This document shows positions 22,730 to 36,600 of a stretch of DNA of 64,000 bases, one piece after another (position 1 is the first letter of the stretch; every line of letters starts with the position of its first letter). The DNA comes from Macrostomum lignano (taxonomy: Eukaryota), in assembly GCA_002269645.1 (NCBI GenBank), contig NIVC01002078.1:1-64000 (forward strand), read 5' to 3'. The position numbers and the translations under genes were made by a program. A model generated the notes under the pieces. It made no database searches and was not told where the DNA came from. It saw only the letters and a list, made by a program, of their open reading frames with translations.

Positions 22730-23280
22730 ATGGAGTGACAGACAATAGGGTGACAGTGAAGAGAGTGAAAGTAAAGAGAGTGACAGTGTAGAGAGTGACA
22801 GTGAAGAGAGTGACAGTGAAGAGAGTGACAGTGAAGAGAGTGACAGTGAAGAGAGTGACAGTGAAGAGAGTGACAATGAAGAGAGTGACAGTGAAGAGAG
22901 TGACAATGAAGAGAGGGGCAGTAAATAGAGCGACACAAAGAATAAGACAGAAACTTGAGAGTGACAGAAGAGAGTGACAGTGAAGAGAGTGACAGTGAAG
23001 CGAGTGACAGTGAAGCGAGTGACAGTGAAGAGAGTGACAGTGAAGAGAGTGACAGTGAAGAGAGCGACACAAAGAATTAGACAGAAACTTGAGAGAGGGA
23101 AACAAGAGAGACAGAAGAGAGTGACAGAAGAGAGTGACAGAAGAGAGTGACAGAAGAGAGTGACAGAAGAGAGTGACAGAAGAGAGTGACAGAAGAGAGT
23201 GACAGAAGAGAGTGACAGAAGAGAGTGACAGAAGAGAGTGACAGAAGAGAGTGACAGAAGAGAGTGACAGAAGAGTGTAA
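22730..23280. repeat. Purine-rich minisatellites: 15 bp (GAGAGTGACAGTGAA) followed by 13 bp (GAGAGTGACAGAA)
   Basis: Direct inspection; periodic ORFs (VTVKR, SLSSL) confirm. Confidence 0.92.
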
Positions 23281-23844
23281 AAGAGAAAACTAAGTGAAAA
23301 TTGAGAGGCAAGAATGTCACTTTCCTGACGAGAAGGAATATGAGCAGGGCTAGGGACGGCAAGGAGCCCATCTGAAAAGGCGTCTGAAAACTAGAAAAAA
23401 GTTGCATCAGGTCGAGATGCAGTTAACTAGGAAAGCCATTAATTCAGAGTCGCTAGTCGTAAGGCAGAGCATTTTCACGCTTCAAGAAAAACATGTAAAC
23501 ACTCGGGTTTAAAGACAACTGCACTGTGCTTTCCTGGCCTTATAATTGTCTAGAAGCATTGCTAATCTCATGCGGGCTGGAAGGGGGGAGGATAAATACG
23601 GGAGCGGAGAAGGAAATTTCACGGGACATTAATCCATACGGGGGAAGTGAGGGTTTGTAAGTAATCGCTATATGACTAACATTAATAATTTATGCGGGCA
23701 CACACGGGGGATAGGAGGCTGAGTTTAGGCACCCTTAACTCATTCCCATCACCCACTCTGTGCGCGCTTTCGGTTTTCTTTTGGAGTGTGAGCAAACTTG
23801 TAGTGGGGCCCCGTCAGGCCTGGCAGGGTGTGACTCTCCTTCTC

Positions 23845-25390
23845 TCACAGTCTGACTCTCTTTATTTCACAATCTGACTCTCTTTCTCTCACAGTCTGAC
23901 TCTCTTTATTTCACAATCTGACTCTTCTTCTCTCACAGTCTGACTCTCTTTATTTCACAATCTGACTCTCTTTCTCTCACAGTCTGACTCTCTTTATTTC
24001 ACAATCTGACTCTTCTTCTCTCACAGTCTGACTCTCTTTATTTCACAATCTGACTCTCTTTCTCTCACAGTCTGACTCTCTTTATTTCACAATCTGACTC
24101 TCTTTCTCTCACAGTCTGACTCTCTTTATTTCACAATCTGACTCTCCTTCTCTCACAGTCTGACTCTCTTTCTCTCACAGTCTGACTCTCTTTATTTCAC
24201 AATCTGACTCTCTTTCTCTCACAGTCTGACTCTCTTTATTTCACAATCTGACTCTTCTTCTCTCACAGTCTGACTCTCTTTATTTCACAATCTGACTCTC
24301 TTTCTCTCACAGTCTGACTCTCTTTATTTCACAATCTGACTTTTCTTCTCTCACAGTCTGACTCTCTTTATTTCACAATCTGACTCTCCTTCTCTCACAG
24401 TCTGACTCTCTTTCTCTCACAATCTGACTCTTCTTCTCTCACAGTCTGACTCTCTTTATTTCACAATCTGACTCTCTTTCTCTCACAGTCTCTCCTTCTC
24501 TCACAGTCTGACTCTCCTTCTCTCACAGTCTGACTCTCCTTCTCTCACAGTCTGACTCTCCTTCTCTCACAGTCTGACTCTCCTTCTCTGTCCGATTCTC
24601 CTTCTTTCCCAGTCTGACTCTCCTTATCTCACAGTGTAACTCTCCTTATCTCACAGTGTAACTCTCCTTATCTCACAGTGTAACTCTCCTATCTCACAGT
24701 GTAACTCTCCTATCTCACAGTGTAACTATCCTTATCTCACAGTGTAACTATCCTTATCTCACAGTGTAACTCTCCTTATCTCACAGTGTAACTATCCTTA
24801 TCTCACAGTGTAACTATTCTTATCTCACAGTGTAACTCTCCTATCTCACAGTGTAACTCTCCTATCTCACAGTGTAACTCTCCTATCTCACAGTGTAACT
24901 ATCCTTATCTCACAGTGTAACTATTCTTATCTCACAGTGTAACTCTCCTATCTCACAGTGTAACTCTCCTATCTCACAGTGTAACTCTCCTATCTCACAG
25001 TGTAACTCTCCTTATCTCACAGTGTAACTATCCTTATCTCACAGTGTAACTATCCTTATCTCACAGTGTAACTATTCTTATCTCACAGTGTAACTCTCCT
25101 ATCTCACAGTGTAACTCTCCTATCTCACAGTGTAACTCTCCTTATCTCACAGTGTAACTCTCCTTATCTCACAGTGTAACTCTCCTTATCTCACAGTGTA
25201 ACTCTCCTTATCTCACAGTGTAACTATCCTTATCTCACAGTGTAACTCTCCTATCTCACAGTGTAACTCTCCTATCTCACAGTGTAACTCTCCTATCTCA
25301 CAGTGTAACTCTCCTATCTCACAGTGTAACTCTCCTATCTCACAGTGTAACTCTCCTTATCTCACAGTCCCTCCTTCTCTCACAGTGGGA
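23845..25390. repeat. Compound minisatellite, 22-23 bp units (TCTCTCACAGTCTGACTCTCTT grading into TATCTCACAGTGTAACTCTCCT)
   Basis: Two related unit types in succession, switching near 24620. Confidence 0.95.
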
Positions 25391-26274
25391 CTCTCCTTAT
25401 CACACCCTGACCTACTCCGCGTCTGTCAGTCTAACCCAGATCATTTAATTTTATCTGAAATAGTAATTCATATCAGCAGTATCAATATTGTCGAAAAAAC
25501 GACACTACTTACCCCTGGCTTGAAATATCTCAAATTCACTTCAGAAGCCGAATGGTTGAAAATTAAACGTTGGTTTATTTCTGCAATACGCCTATAGAAG
25601 CCTCAGTAAATTGCAGGTAAAAATCCCAAGTTATATAGCTATAGAATTCATCCAATCGCAGCGCATGGAGCAGATCCCATCACCCATAACCCTTGTGCAT
25701 TCGTCGGCATCTACGGTATACAGTACTCTCTTCATTCTGCTCAGGGCTCAACTGATCTGCCTTGCTCCCTGCCTATCTCTCTCATTCAATCTCGAATTGC
25801 CAGCCAACCTTTGTTGCTGATCAGGCCTTCAGAGGAGGAAACGTTTTTGACAGTCGAAAAAAATGCAGTCAAAAAATTGCTTTTTTATCCTTGGCTGCGG
25901 GTCTACCAGCAAGGCACTGTGATTTCATGCATGTAACAGTCGCTGCGCTAAATAATTACCTGAATCCATATTCCATCTATATCTAGACTTAATCTATTTT
26001 TAAGCTGCAATCAATTTACCCGTGCGGACTCAAAAGCATCCCCTTTTGATGTAAGAAACAATGGAAGGTTCGCTATTGCTGTGATTTACCTGTTCCGTAT
26101 TGTAATTTTTCTCTTTCCTGAGCTGCTTTTAGTGACTTGTAGCGCGAATCAAGCTAGACAACTGAGATATAGAAAAATATGTAGTGCCAAATTCTGTGTC
26201 CTTTGATTCTGTATATTCTGCCTCCATTCATTTCAGGACACCCACCTCACATCCAGCTTGTCCATTCTATAAAT

Positions 26275-26625
26275 TATCTACCCTGCCAGGCAGCCACCTC
26301 GCTCCACGACCTTCCTTGTCTATTTTAGTTAAATTCGCTACCCCGCCAAGACAGCCACCTCACGTCACAATCCTCCTTGTCTATTTTAATTAAATTCGCT
26401 ACCCCGCCAGGCAGCCACCTCACGCCGCAAGCCTCCTTATCCAGCCTTTCTATTCTAATTACACTCTCTACCCCGCCAGGCAGCCACCTCACGCCGCAAG
26501 CCTCCTTATCCAGCCTTTCTATTCTAATTACACTCTCTACCCCGCCAGGCAGCCACCTCACGCCGCAAGCCTCCTTATCCAGCCTTTTTATTCTAATTAA
26601 TTTCGCTACCCGCTATGCCGCCACC
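26275..26625. repeat. Tandem repeat, ~60-66 bp unit (CTACCCCGCCAGGCAGCCACCTCACGCCGCAAGCCTCC...)
   Basis: About 5-6 copies; 22-aa periodic ORF. Confidence 0.88.
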
Positions 26626-28983
26626 TCACGCCACAACCCTGCCCGTTCAGCCCGCCCGTTTCACAGTGTATTTATCTCATACTACAACCAAGTCACAACA
26701 TGCTTATCTAAACTATTAGTTTCATGGGAAAACCCTTTCCAAGACAACGACCTCAGGGTTAGACATTTTTCCTCAACTTTAATTATATAATCCATGAGTA
26801 AACCCTCGGATTTAACCTAGCCAATGTGATGCTTTTGAGTACTGAATCCTATCATAAATCTTAGTTCTCCTAAAATGAGAACGAAATGGGAACGCATTGT
26901 AAAGGGGACGTGTGCGGCTAAGCTGTACAGGTAAGGCTATGAAGCGGTTTTATTGGAAGCAGCTGAGAATCACCCGCTACTTCCTGGATACCAAAAGAAG
27001 ATTGCATGGTGTTGCGGGATCGTATAGGCTTATGAGCACAACCTCATACAGTCTTCTATTCTCAAACTGCGCGTTATTATGGAGTATTATAGTCCTGAAT
27101 TGCGCATTACATTGCGTTCCATTGATACTAATGTATTCTTTTTTCATCCTAATATCTAATTACTTACTTAACAGTTTAATACCGACCTCAAAATAGTGCT
27201 CAGCTTTACTTCTTCTGAAAGTATCTATAGGACTCAAAAAGTGCACAGGAATTATTTAACACGCAATCATTGTTTACTAAATAATGATCTTTCATTTGGC
27301 TTCAAAGTGCTCGTCCATTAGCGAGTTAGAGAAGCTAGCTGCCATTATACGAGTGTACACTAAATTAAACAAGTTTTGCCATAGACTATTTGCTCGTACA
27401 TGTTTATCGACCAACGAGCAGACAAGTCGCGAATAGTAATGAATAGCGTCAAATTTGCTTATGGTTTTGGTTAGATTTTTTTTTTTAACTTGTATTTGTT
27501 TATTTGGTAACTTTTATAATTATTTGATTAGATAGTGAGCACCATCACACTTTTGTACCATTAAATTCGCATTATTCACCCATGCAACTACATGTAGATT
27601 CACAGTTGATCATAATAAAAAATATAGCAGTTATGTACTTAGAATGAGTACAGAGTTAAGCTAAAATGAGACACAAATCATGCAATAATTAGCCCCTACT
27701 AGCAGATGGATCGTGGCAATTTGCCCAGCTATACACTCACTATCGTGCCACTCCCATTGGGATTTTGGCAATTTGCCGAATAATTCGATATCCAATCGAA
27801 TGCCTGAGAATTCTACCTACATGTAAAAGTATGATCAGAAATTGAATAAAAAAGGCCAACTCCTTCAATTTTTATCCCTGTTGCTAATGTATTATCAGTA
27901 TGCCAGTAGTTATTATTATTGCCCTCGATCTTTCCAAATAAACCAGGGACTAATCCTGTTATAGAGGCTGACTTTGGAGTGCGCAGTGCGCAGTGCCTAC
28001 ATACGCGATCGGCCGACGATAATTGAATGCATGGTCATGCAATTTTTTAATTTAGCTCCGTGTCCATTCGAACTGACTACAATTAAAACGCATATAAAAT
28101 CGAATTGTCTATTCACTTTTTGCAACTCAGAACTCTAGGCTTTAGATCAAATGCACATAATGCCAACTATATGAAAAAAATGTTGTGGCATTGATAAGAA
28201 GATATACATGTACATGTAATTGCATACTGACATTTAATAAATTCCAGATCGAATCGCTATCACTAGAACGAACCTAAAAAGCTGAAATAAAGCTGATAGA
28301 TGATAGATCGATCATAGATCATCTATCAAAGCTGATATATCACGCGAATATTTGCAAATGAAATATATATTTTATGGTTTGATTTTCTGGTTTGGTTATA
28401 AGCTTATAAATTAATGCATGTTTTTGACACTTTTTGCGTTTATGCATGGTATCAATATATTGTTTCAAATAATAAACTTTTGAAAAATCAATAAAGGCGT
28501 ACTATATAGTATTAAATGCGAAAAAACAATCCTCATAGCACTATTTAAAGTCTGTAAAAACGAACCTAAAATCGATAAAATCGCTTTTGAGCGAAGTCAA
28601 GTCACTTGCGAGTACATTGAGACGGATGAGATCACGCGAAAACTCGTAGTATTCTTGTATTTTCATTTTCATATACCGCAAATAAAAAAATCTTTAGTTT
28701 TACTATTATACTAGGTATATTACGAATGTAGCGTCGGAAAATAAATTTCATCACGTTGTAATAATAGTTTAACGTATAACTTTTTTTTATTTTTGATATA
28801 CTAGGCACACTATTGACGCGCGCACAATTTCAAAATAAAAAAATTTCCTGGATTTGTACCTTGACCGAGACCAGGTACAGAGACAAAGTCAGGCCAGCGG
28901 CCAGGAGCTGAAAGTAGAAATTACAGTCTCTTTCAGCTCTTGATTTTTAAAATAGTCGTCTGGTCTTTTGTTTTGTTGCCATA

Positions 28984-30953
28984 ATGAACCAGTATCAGCC
29001 ATACCAACAGCAAAATGGGAAGTCCGCGAGGATGTCAAGGAGATTTTTTCAAAAGAAGGTTGTTGCGACAGTTTTCAGTATTGTATCATTCATTTCAGTT
29101 CTAATTTCTTTTGTTTCTCCTTACTGGCTCGTCTCTTGGTCGCGTATTCACACCCCATTTGATAAACTCGGACTATGGGAATTCTGCATGGACGGCTATG
29201 TACACAGACGGGATGAAAATGTGCAGTCATTTTATGGATGCTGGTGGATATTCGCTCCATATTATGATCCTATTCGGAATGTACTAACTCCTCGTAAGTA
29301 ATGTTTCTGCTGCAATAAAATCCTTTTTTATGCACAAGAGACCGTTAATACAATTTTTAGAAGTTCTGTACAATGCCGTACCATAAATTTATGTGATATA
29401 TGTATATGCATATTGTTATGCCTGACTATAGATCTGCCTACCAATAAAATCCTTTCAATCACAGATTGATTGCCTATTTGAAATAGTATAATAATTGAAT
29501 TAATTACAATTGAACTATATAAACTGGGATTTTCCATCAATTATTAACTTATTATTATTAGTGTTTAAAACTTGAAACCTAAAATATAAGACAAGTGCTT
29601 AGATAAAAGTCATAAAAAAATTCCAAAATATTTTCAATTCGGAAAATAATTTGCAAGTTATTACAAGTTAATAACATAGCTTATTAATAGTTTTCTTGTT
29701 TTGCTTGTATATTATTTTTTTCATAAAATGTAGGTAAACTAAATTTGAAAAGCCATACTTTATGGTATATAACTTAAACATTTTTTATAAATATACCAAA
29801 ATGATTTGTTAATATTTTATAATATCTCCTTATCTTGCCTTCCAAATGCTCTGAATCATAAAAACAAGAACCCACTCCCTGTGCAACACTTTTTAGCTTG
29901 GTTTCGATTCATTCAGTTGTTTGTAACCTTGGCATTCCTGATTGGCCTAGCCAATGTAATCCTAATGCTTGTCTACACCTGTGATGTCATCACCCATGTG
30001 CAGCAGAGGGTCCTGCTGTCTCGGGTGCTGTACTACATCAACATTTTTATCTGTAAGTCTTACACCTTTTATTACTGACTTTCTTTGCTAAACTCTCCCA
30101 GATACTCAGTTGCTGGGCCAGCCTCCCAGATACTCAGCTGCTGGGCCAGCCTCCCAGATCCTTAGTTTCTGGGCCAGCCTCCCAGATCCCCAGTAGCTGG
30201 GCCAGCCTCCCAGATTCTCAGTTGCTGGGCCAGCCTCCCAGATCCTTAGTTTCTGGGCCGGCCTCCCAGATCCCCAGTAGCTGGGCCAGCCTCCCAGATT
30301 CTCAGCTGCTGGGCGAGCCTCCCAGATCCTCAGTTGCTAGGCCAGCCTCCCAGATGCTCAGTTACTGGGCCAGCCTCCCAGATACTCAATCGCTGGGCCA
30401 GCCTCCCAGATCCTTAGTTCCTGGGCCAGCCTCCCAGAGTGTCAGTTGCTTAGCTAGCCTCCCAGATATTCTGGGCCAGCCTCCCAGATAATCAGTTGCT
30501 GGGCCAGCCTCCCAGATAATCAGTTTCTGGGGCCACCCACCAGCCTTCTAAGTACTCCATGTACCTAATAAAAGTCTACCAGCAGCTCATCCATGTCAAT
30601 CCTGTCCCGCAGTCTGCTGTCTAATCATCGCCAACATCATATTCGCATTCAAACACAACGATCCCTACTGGATGCCGATCCCATCCTTGAACTGGCCATC
30701 CTGGTCGTTCGGTCTCTCCTGCCTGGCCACTTTCTTCACCGGCTTCGCTATAATAGTGCTGTTCAGCCAGCAGCTGGCCGACGCGGTGAGGCTGGACGAT
30801 GAGCAGTACAATTTCCCGATGTCAATCACCGCGTCCAGTCATCTGAGCCACGGTGCCGCGCCGCCAATGCCAGCGTCGGCGCCGGCGTTGACAGCGGCTT
30901 CCGTCGCTACGCCGGCGAGCGTCGCGGCTACGGCGCGAGCTCGCGACCTTTGA
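28984..30953 (+). CDS. Invertebrate claudin-like tetraspan protein (PMP22/claudin superfamily), 268 aa
   Basis: Exons 28984-29293 (C/GTAAG), 29897-30052 (TTTTAG...T/GTAAG) and 30613-30953 (CCGCAG to TGA), 807 nt in frame. Signature SPYW...LGLWEFC...GCWW in ECL1, PWFRFIQ before TM2, WMP...N..SWSFGL before TM4. Confidence 0.88.
30100..30530 (+). repeat. Intronic minisatellite, ~28-29 bp unit (GCTGGGCCAGCCTCCCAGATCCTCAGTT); family also present at 33.6 kb and 50-51 kb
   Basis: About 15 copies filling claudin intron 2. Confidence 0.92.
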
Positions 30954-31004
30954 AAGCGCACGAAGAATTTGGCGGCGATACCACTGTGTAGAAGATTCTG
31001 TTCA

Positions 31005-32560
31005 GGGTGTAGATTAATGATTGTAATAAACTATTCAGGGTGTAGATTAATGATTGTAATAAACTATTCAGGGTGTAGATTAATGATTGTAATAAACTAT
31101 TCAGGGTGTAGATTAATGATTTTAATAAACTATTCAGGGTGTAGATTAATGATTGTAATAAACTATTCAGGGTGTAGATTAATGATTTTAATAAACTATT
31201 CAGGGTGTAGATTGATGGTTGTAATAAACAATTCAGGGTGTAGCTTTATGATTGTAATAAACTATTCAGGGTGTAGATTAATGATTGTAATAAACTATTC
31301 AGGGTGTAGATTAATGATTGTAATAAACTATTCAGGGTGTAGATTAATGATTGTAATAAACTATTCAGGGTGTAGATTAATGATTGTAATAAACTATTCA
31401 GGGTGTAGATTAATGATTGTAATAAACTATTCAGGGTGTAGATTAATGATTTTAATAAACTATTCAGGGTGTAGATTGATGGTTGTAATAAACAATTCAG
31501 GTGTAGCTTTATGATTGTAATAAACTATTCAGGGTGTAGATTTATGATTGTAATAAACTATTCAGGTTGTAGATTTATGAGTGTAATAAACTATTCAGGG
31601 TGTAGATTGATGGTTGTAATAAACTATTCAGTGTGTAGCTTTATGAGTGTAATAAACTATTCAGGGTGTAGATTTATGAGTGTAATAAACTATTCAGGGT
31701 GTAGATGTATGAGTGTAATAAACTATTAAGGTTGTAGATTTATGAGTGTAATAAACTATTCAGGGTGTAGATTGATGGTTGTAATAAACTATTCAGTGTG
31801 TAGCTTTATGAGTGTAATAAACTATTCAGGGTGTAGATTGATGGTTGTAATAAACTATTCAGTGTGTAGCTTTATGAGTGTAATAAACTATTAAGGGTGT
31901 AGATTGATGATTGTAATAAACTATTCAGGGTGTAGATTAATGATTGTAATAAACTATTCAGGGTGTAGATTAATGATTGTAATAAACTATTCAGGGTGTA
32001 GATTAATGATTGTAATAAACTATTCAGGGTGTAGATTAATGATTGTAATAAACTATTCAGGGTGTAGATTAATGATTGTAATAAACTATTCAGGGTGTAG
32101 ATTAATGATTGTAATAAACTATTCAGGGTGTAGATTAATGATTGTAATAAACTATTCAGGGTGTAGATTTATGAGTGTAATAAACTATTCAGGTTGTAGA
32201 TTTATGAGTGTAATAAACTATTCAGGGTGTAGATTGATGGTTGTAATAAACTATTCAGTGTGTAGCTTTATGAGTGTAATAAACTATTCAGGGTGTAGAT
32301 TTATGAGTGTAATAAACTATTCAGGGTGTAGATTTATGAGTGTAATAAACTATTCAGGTTGTAGATTTATGAGTGTAATAAACTATTCAGGGTGTAGATT
32401 GATGGTTGTAATAAACTATTCAGTGTGTAGCTTTATGAGTGTAATAAACTATTCAGGGTGTAGATTTATGAGTGTAATAAACTATTCAGGGTGTAGATTT
32501 ATGAGTGTAATAAACTATTAAGGGTGTAGATTGATGGTTGTAATAAACTATTGAGGGTGT
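31005..32560. repeat. Minisatellite, 33 bp unit (TATTCAGGGTGTAGATTAATGATTGTAATAAAC), ~46 copies
   Basis: Starts ~50 bp after the claudin stop; 11-aa periodic ORFs. Confidence 0.97.
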
Positions 32561-33571
32561 AGATCGATGGTTGTAATTAGCTATTCAGTTTGTAACAACT
32601 ATTCAGCAGTTAGATTAGTTTATTACAATTCAGGGTTCAGGGGTGATACACAAGCCGTCACGTTGTGCTGTCATTACAATGAATTTCAAGTGCTACAAAA
32701 GCTGTATCAGTTTTGCTAAAATTTTAGCAACAAAACTTTTTAACTGTGCAATAATCTGTGTAGAAGTTTGTATTGATTCCATTTTTTGCATGGATTATAG
32801 TACATTTAAGTGTATTGTGCAATATTTTTATGCCTATGAATAATTCATATTTATAACTTTTTTTATATTCTGTTGTTGTATTTAAGTTATTTATAACATT
32901 TCATAGAACCTAAAACCTGTTTATTACAACACAATTTTGAATGTGCAAAATGCTTTTTGTTAATCTTTCTGCAAGCTAAACTGATTTTTAAAATCAAGTC
33001 AATTTTCTAATTTTCCATCCGAAGTCAGCTTTGTTTTTTGTTCTTTTTTCATTTTTTGTCAGCTTGATAATTTTAACCGAATTTCATTCGCTCATTATTT
33101 TTCCTGCGAGTGCAATTTGTTTTACTTTTTACTAACAATAGTAGTATGCTGCGCACATTCCTGGCCTAGAATTTCTAAGCGACCCCAACAAATCGAACAC
33201 ATTCCAGTCGTTTTATTGCACTTATTTATACCCTCTTTGTAGGAACTTTTATTCCTGATCAAACTGATTATCGCTTCAGCTGCTTACTCAAATGCACTTT
33301 TGTGGGTGCAATCTCGCCTAGCGCTAGCTTATTTATTGAATATGTTTACCGCAAACTCAATGAACTCAATGAACATTTTTAATGCCTCCATTTGTTTAAA
33401 CCCGTGTTGTTGAGCAATAAGTAAAACTCTGTGCAGCAGGTATTTTGGCGTCATTTTCATGTACAACAAAACTCACCTGTAACAGATATCGCTGACTTGA
33501 TTTCATTGCTTTCTGCACTGAAACTATTAGCGATAAATGGCATACATTGTTATTCCAGGTTACTAACTATC

Positions 33572-33628
33572 TGTTGCTGGGCCACCCTCACAGTTCCTCA
33601 GTTGCTGGGCCAGCCTCCCAGGTCCTCA
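33572..33628 (+). repeat. Two-copy remnant of the 28-bp GCTGGGCCAGCCTCCCAG family
   Basis: GTTGCTGGGCCACCCTCACAGTTCCTCAGTTGCTGGGCCAGCCTCCCAGGTCCTCAG. Confidence 0.8.
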
Positions 33629-33651
33629 GTGTTAATCAAACTGTGCCCAAA

Positions 33652-36600
33652 GACCTGACCCCAAGCCCATAGATCCTGACCCCAAGCCCATAGATCCTGA
33701 CCCCAATCCCATATAGATCCTGACCCCAAGCCCATAGATCCTGACCCCAAGCCCATAGATCCTGACCCCAATCCCATATAGATCCTGACCCCAAGCCCAT
33801 AGATCCTGACCCCAATCCCATATTGATCCTGACCCCAAGGCCATATAGATCCTGACCCCAAGGCCATATAGATCCTGACCCCAATCCCATATAGATCCTG
33901 ACCCCAAGCCCATATAGATCCTGACCCCAAGCCCATATAGATCCTGACCCCAAGCCCATATAGATCCTGACCCCAAGCCCATAGATCCTGACCCCAATCC
34001 CATATAGATCCTGACCCCAAGCCCATATAGATCCTGACCCCAAGCCCATAGATCCTGACCCCAAGCCCATAGATCCTGACCCCAAGCCCATAGATCCTGA
34101 CCCCAATCCCATATAGATCCTGACCCCAAGCCCATATAGATCCTGACCCCAAGCCCATATAGATCCTGACCCCAAGCCCATATAGATCCTGACCCCAAGC
34201 CCATATAGATCCTGACCCCAAGCCCATAGATCCTGACCCCAAGCCCATAGATCCTGACCCAAGCCCATAGATCCTGACCCCAATCCCATATAGATCCTGA
34301 CCCCAAGCCCATAGATCCTGACCCCAATCCCATATTGATCCTGACCCCAAGGCCATATAGATCCTGACCCCAAGGCCATATAGATCCTGACCCCAATCCC
34401 ATATAGATCCTGACCCCAAGCCCATATAGATCCTGACCCCAAGCCCATAGATCCTGACCCCAAGCCCATATAGATCCTGACCCCAAGCCCATAGATCCTG
34501 ACCCCAATCCCATATAGATCCTGACCCCAATCCCATATAGATCCTGACCCCAAGCCCATAGATCCTGACCCCAAGCCCATAGATCCTGACCCCAAGCCCA
34601 TAGATCCTGACCCCAAGCCCATAGATCCTGACCCCAATCCCAATATAGATCCTGACCCCAAGCCCATATAGATCCTGACCCCAAGCCCATAGATCCTGAC
34701 CCCAATCCCATATAGATCCTGACCCCAAGCCCATATAGATCCTGACCCCAAGCCCATAGATCCTGACCCCAAGCCCATAGATCCTGACCCCAAGCCCATA
34801 GATCCTGACCCCAATCCCATATAGATCCTGACCCCAAGCCCATATAGATCCTGACCCCAAGCCCATAGATCCTGACCCCAATCCCATATAGATCCTGACC
34901 CCAAGCCCATATAGATCCTGACCCCAAGCCCATAGATCCTGACCCCAATCCCATATAGATCCTGACCCCAAGCCCATAGATCCTGACCCCAAGCCCATAG
35001 ATCCTGACCCCAAGCCCATAGATCCTGACCCCAAGCCCATAGATACTGACCCCAATCCCATATAGATCCTGACCCCAAGCCCATATAGATCCTGACCCCA
35101 AGCCCATAGATCCTGACCCCAATCCCATATAGATCCTGACCCCAAGCCCATATAGATCCTGACCCCAAGCCCATAGATCCTGACCCCAATCCCATATAGA
35201 TCCTGACCCCAAGCCCATATAGATCCTGACCCCAAGCCCATAGATCCTGACCCCAAGCCCATAGATCCTGACCCCAAGCCCATAGATCCTGACCCCAATC
35301 CCATATAGATCCTGACCCCAAGCCCATATAGATCCTGACCCCAAGCCCATAGATCCTGACCCCAATCCCATATAGATCCTGACCCCAAGCCCATATAGAT
35401 CCTGACCCCAAGCCCATAGATCCTGACCCCAAGCCCATAGATCCTGACCCCAAGCCCATAGATCCTGACCCCAATCCCATATAGATCCTGACCCCAAGCC
35501 CATATAGATCCTGACCCCAAGCCCATAGATCCTGACCCCAATCCCATATAGATCCTGACCCCAAGCCCATATAGATCCTGACCCAAGCCCATAGATCCTG
35601 ACCCCAATCCCATATAGATCCTGACCCCAAGCCCATATAGATCCTGACCCCAAGCCCATAGATCCTGACCCCAAGCCCATAGATCCTGACCCCAAGCCCA
35701 TAGATCCTGACCCCAATCCCATATAGATCCTGACCCCAAGCCCATATAGATCCTGACCCCAAGCCCATAGATCCTGACCCCAATCCCATATAGATCCTGA
35801 CCCCAAGCCCATATAGATCCTGACCCCAAGCCCATAGATCCTGACCCCAAGCCCATAGATCCTGACCCCAAGCCCATAGATCCTGACCCCAAGCCCATAG
35901 ATCCTGACCCCAATCCCATATAGATCCTGACCCCAAGCCCATATAGATCCTGACCCCAAGCCCATAGATCCTGACCCCAAGCCCATAGATCCTGACCCCA
36001 AGCCCATAGATCCTGACCCCAATCCCATATAGATCCTGACCCCAAGCCCATATAGATCCTGACCCCAAGCCCATAGATCCTGACCCCAATCCCATATAGA
36101 TCCTGACCCCAAGCCCATATAGATCCTGACCCCAAGCCCATAGATCCTGACCCCAATCCCATATAGATCCTGACCCCAAGCCCATATAGATCCTGACCCC
36201 AAGCCCATAGATCCTGACCCCAAGCCCATAGATCCTGACCCCAAGCCCATAGATCCTGACCCCAAGCCCATATAGATCCTGACCCCAAGCCCATATAGAT
36301 CCTGACCCCAAGCCCATAGATCCTGACCCCAATCCCATATAGATCCTGACCCCAAGGCCATATAGATCCTGACCCCAAGCCCATAGATCCTGACCCCAAG
36401 CCCATAGATCCTGACCCCAAGCCCATAGATCCTGACCCCAATCCCATATAGATCCTGACCCCAAGCCCATATAGATCCTGACCCCAAGCCCATAGATCCT
36501 GACCCCAATCCCATATAGATCCTGACCCCAAGCCCATATAGATCCTGACCCCAAGCCCATAGATCCTGACCCCAAGCCCATATAGATCCTGACCCCAAGC

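Noticed and set aside
28294-28328. Short inverted repeat (TGATAGATGAT...ATCATCTATCA)
   Set aside because: An isolated 11-bp stem in low-complexity GATA-like sequence; no TSD or second element end found.
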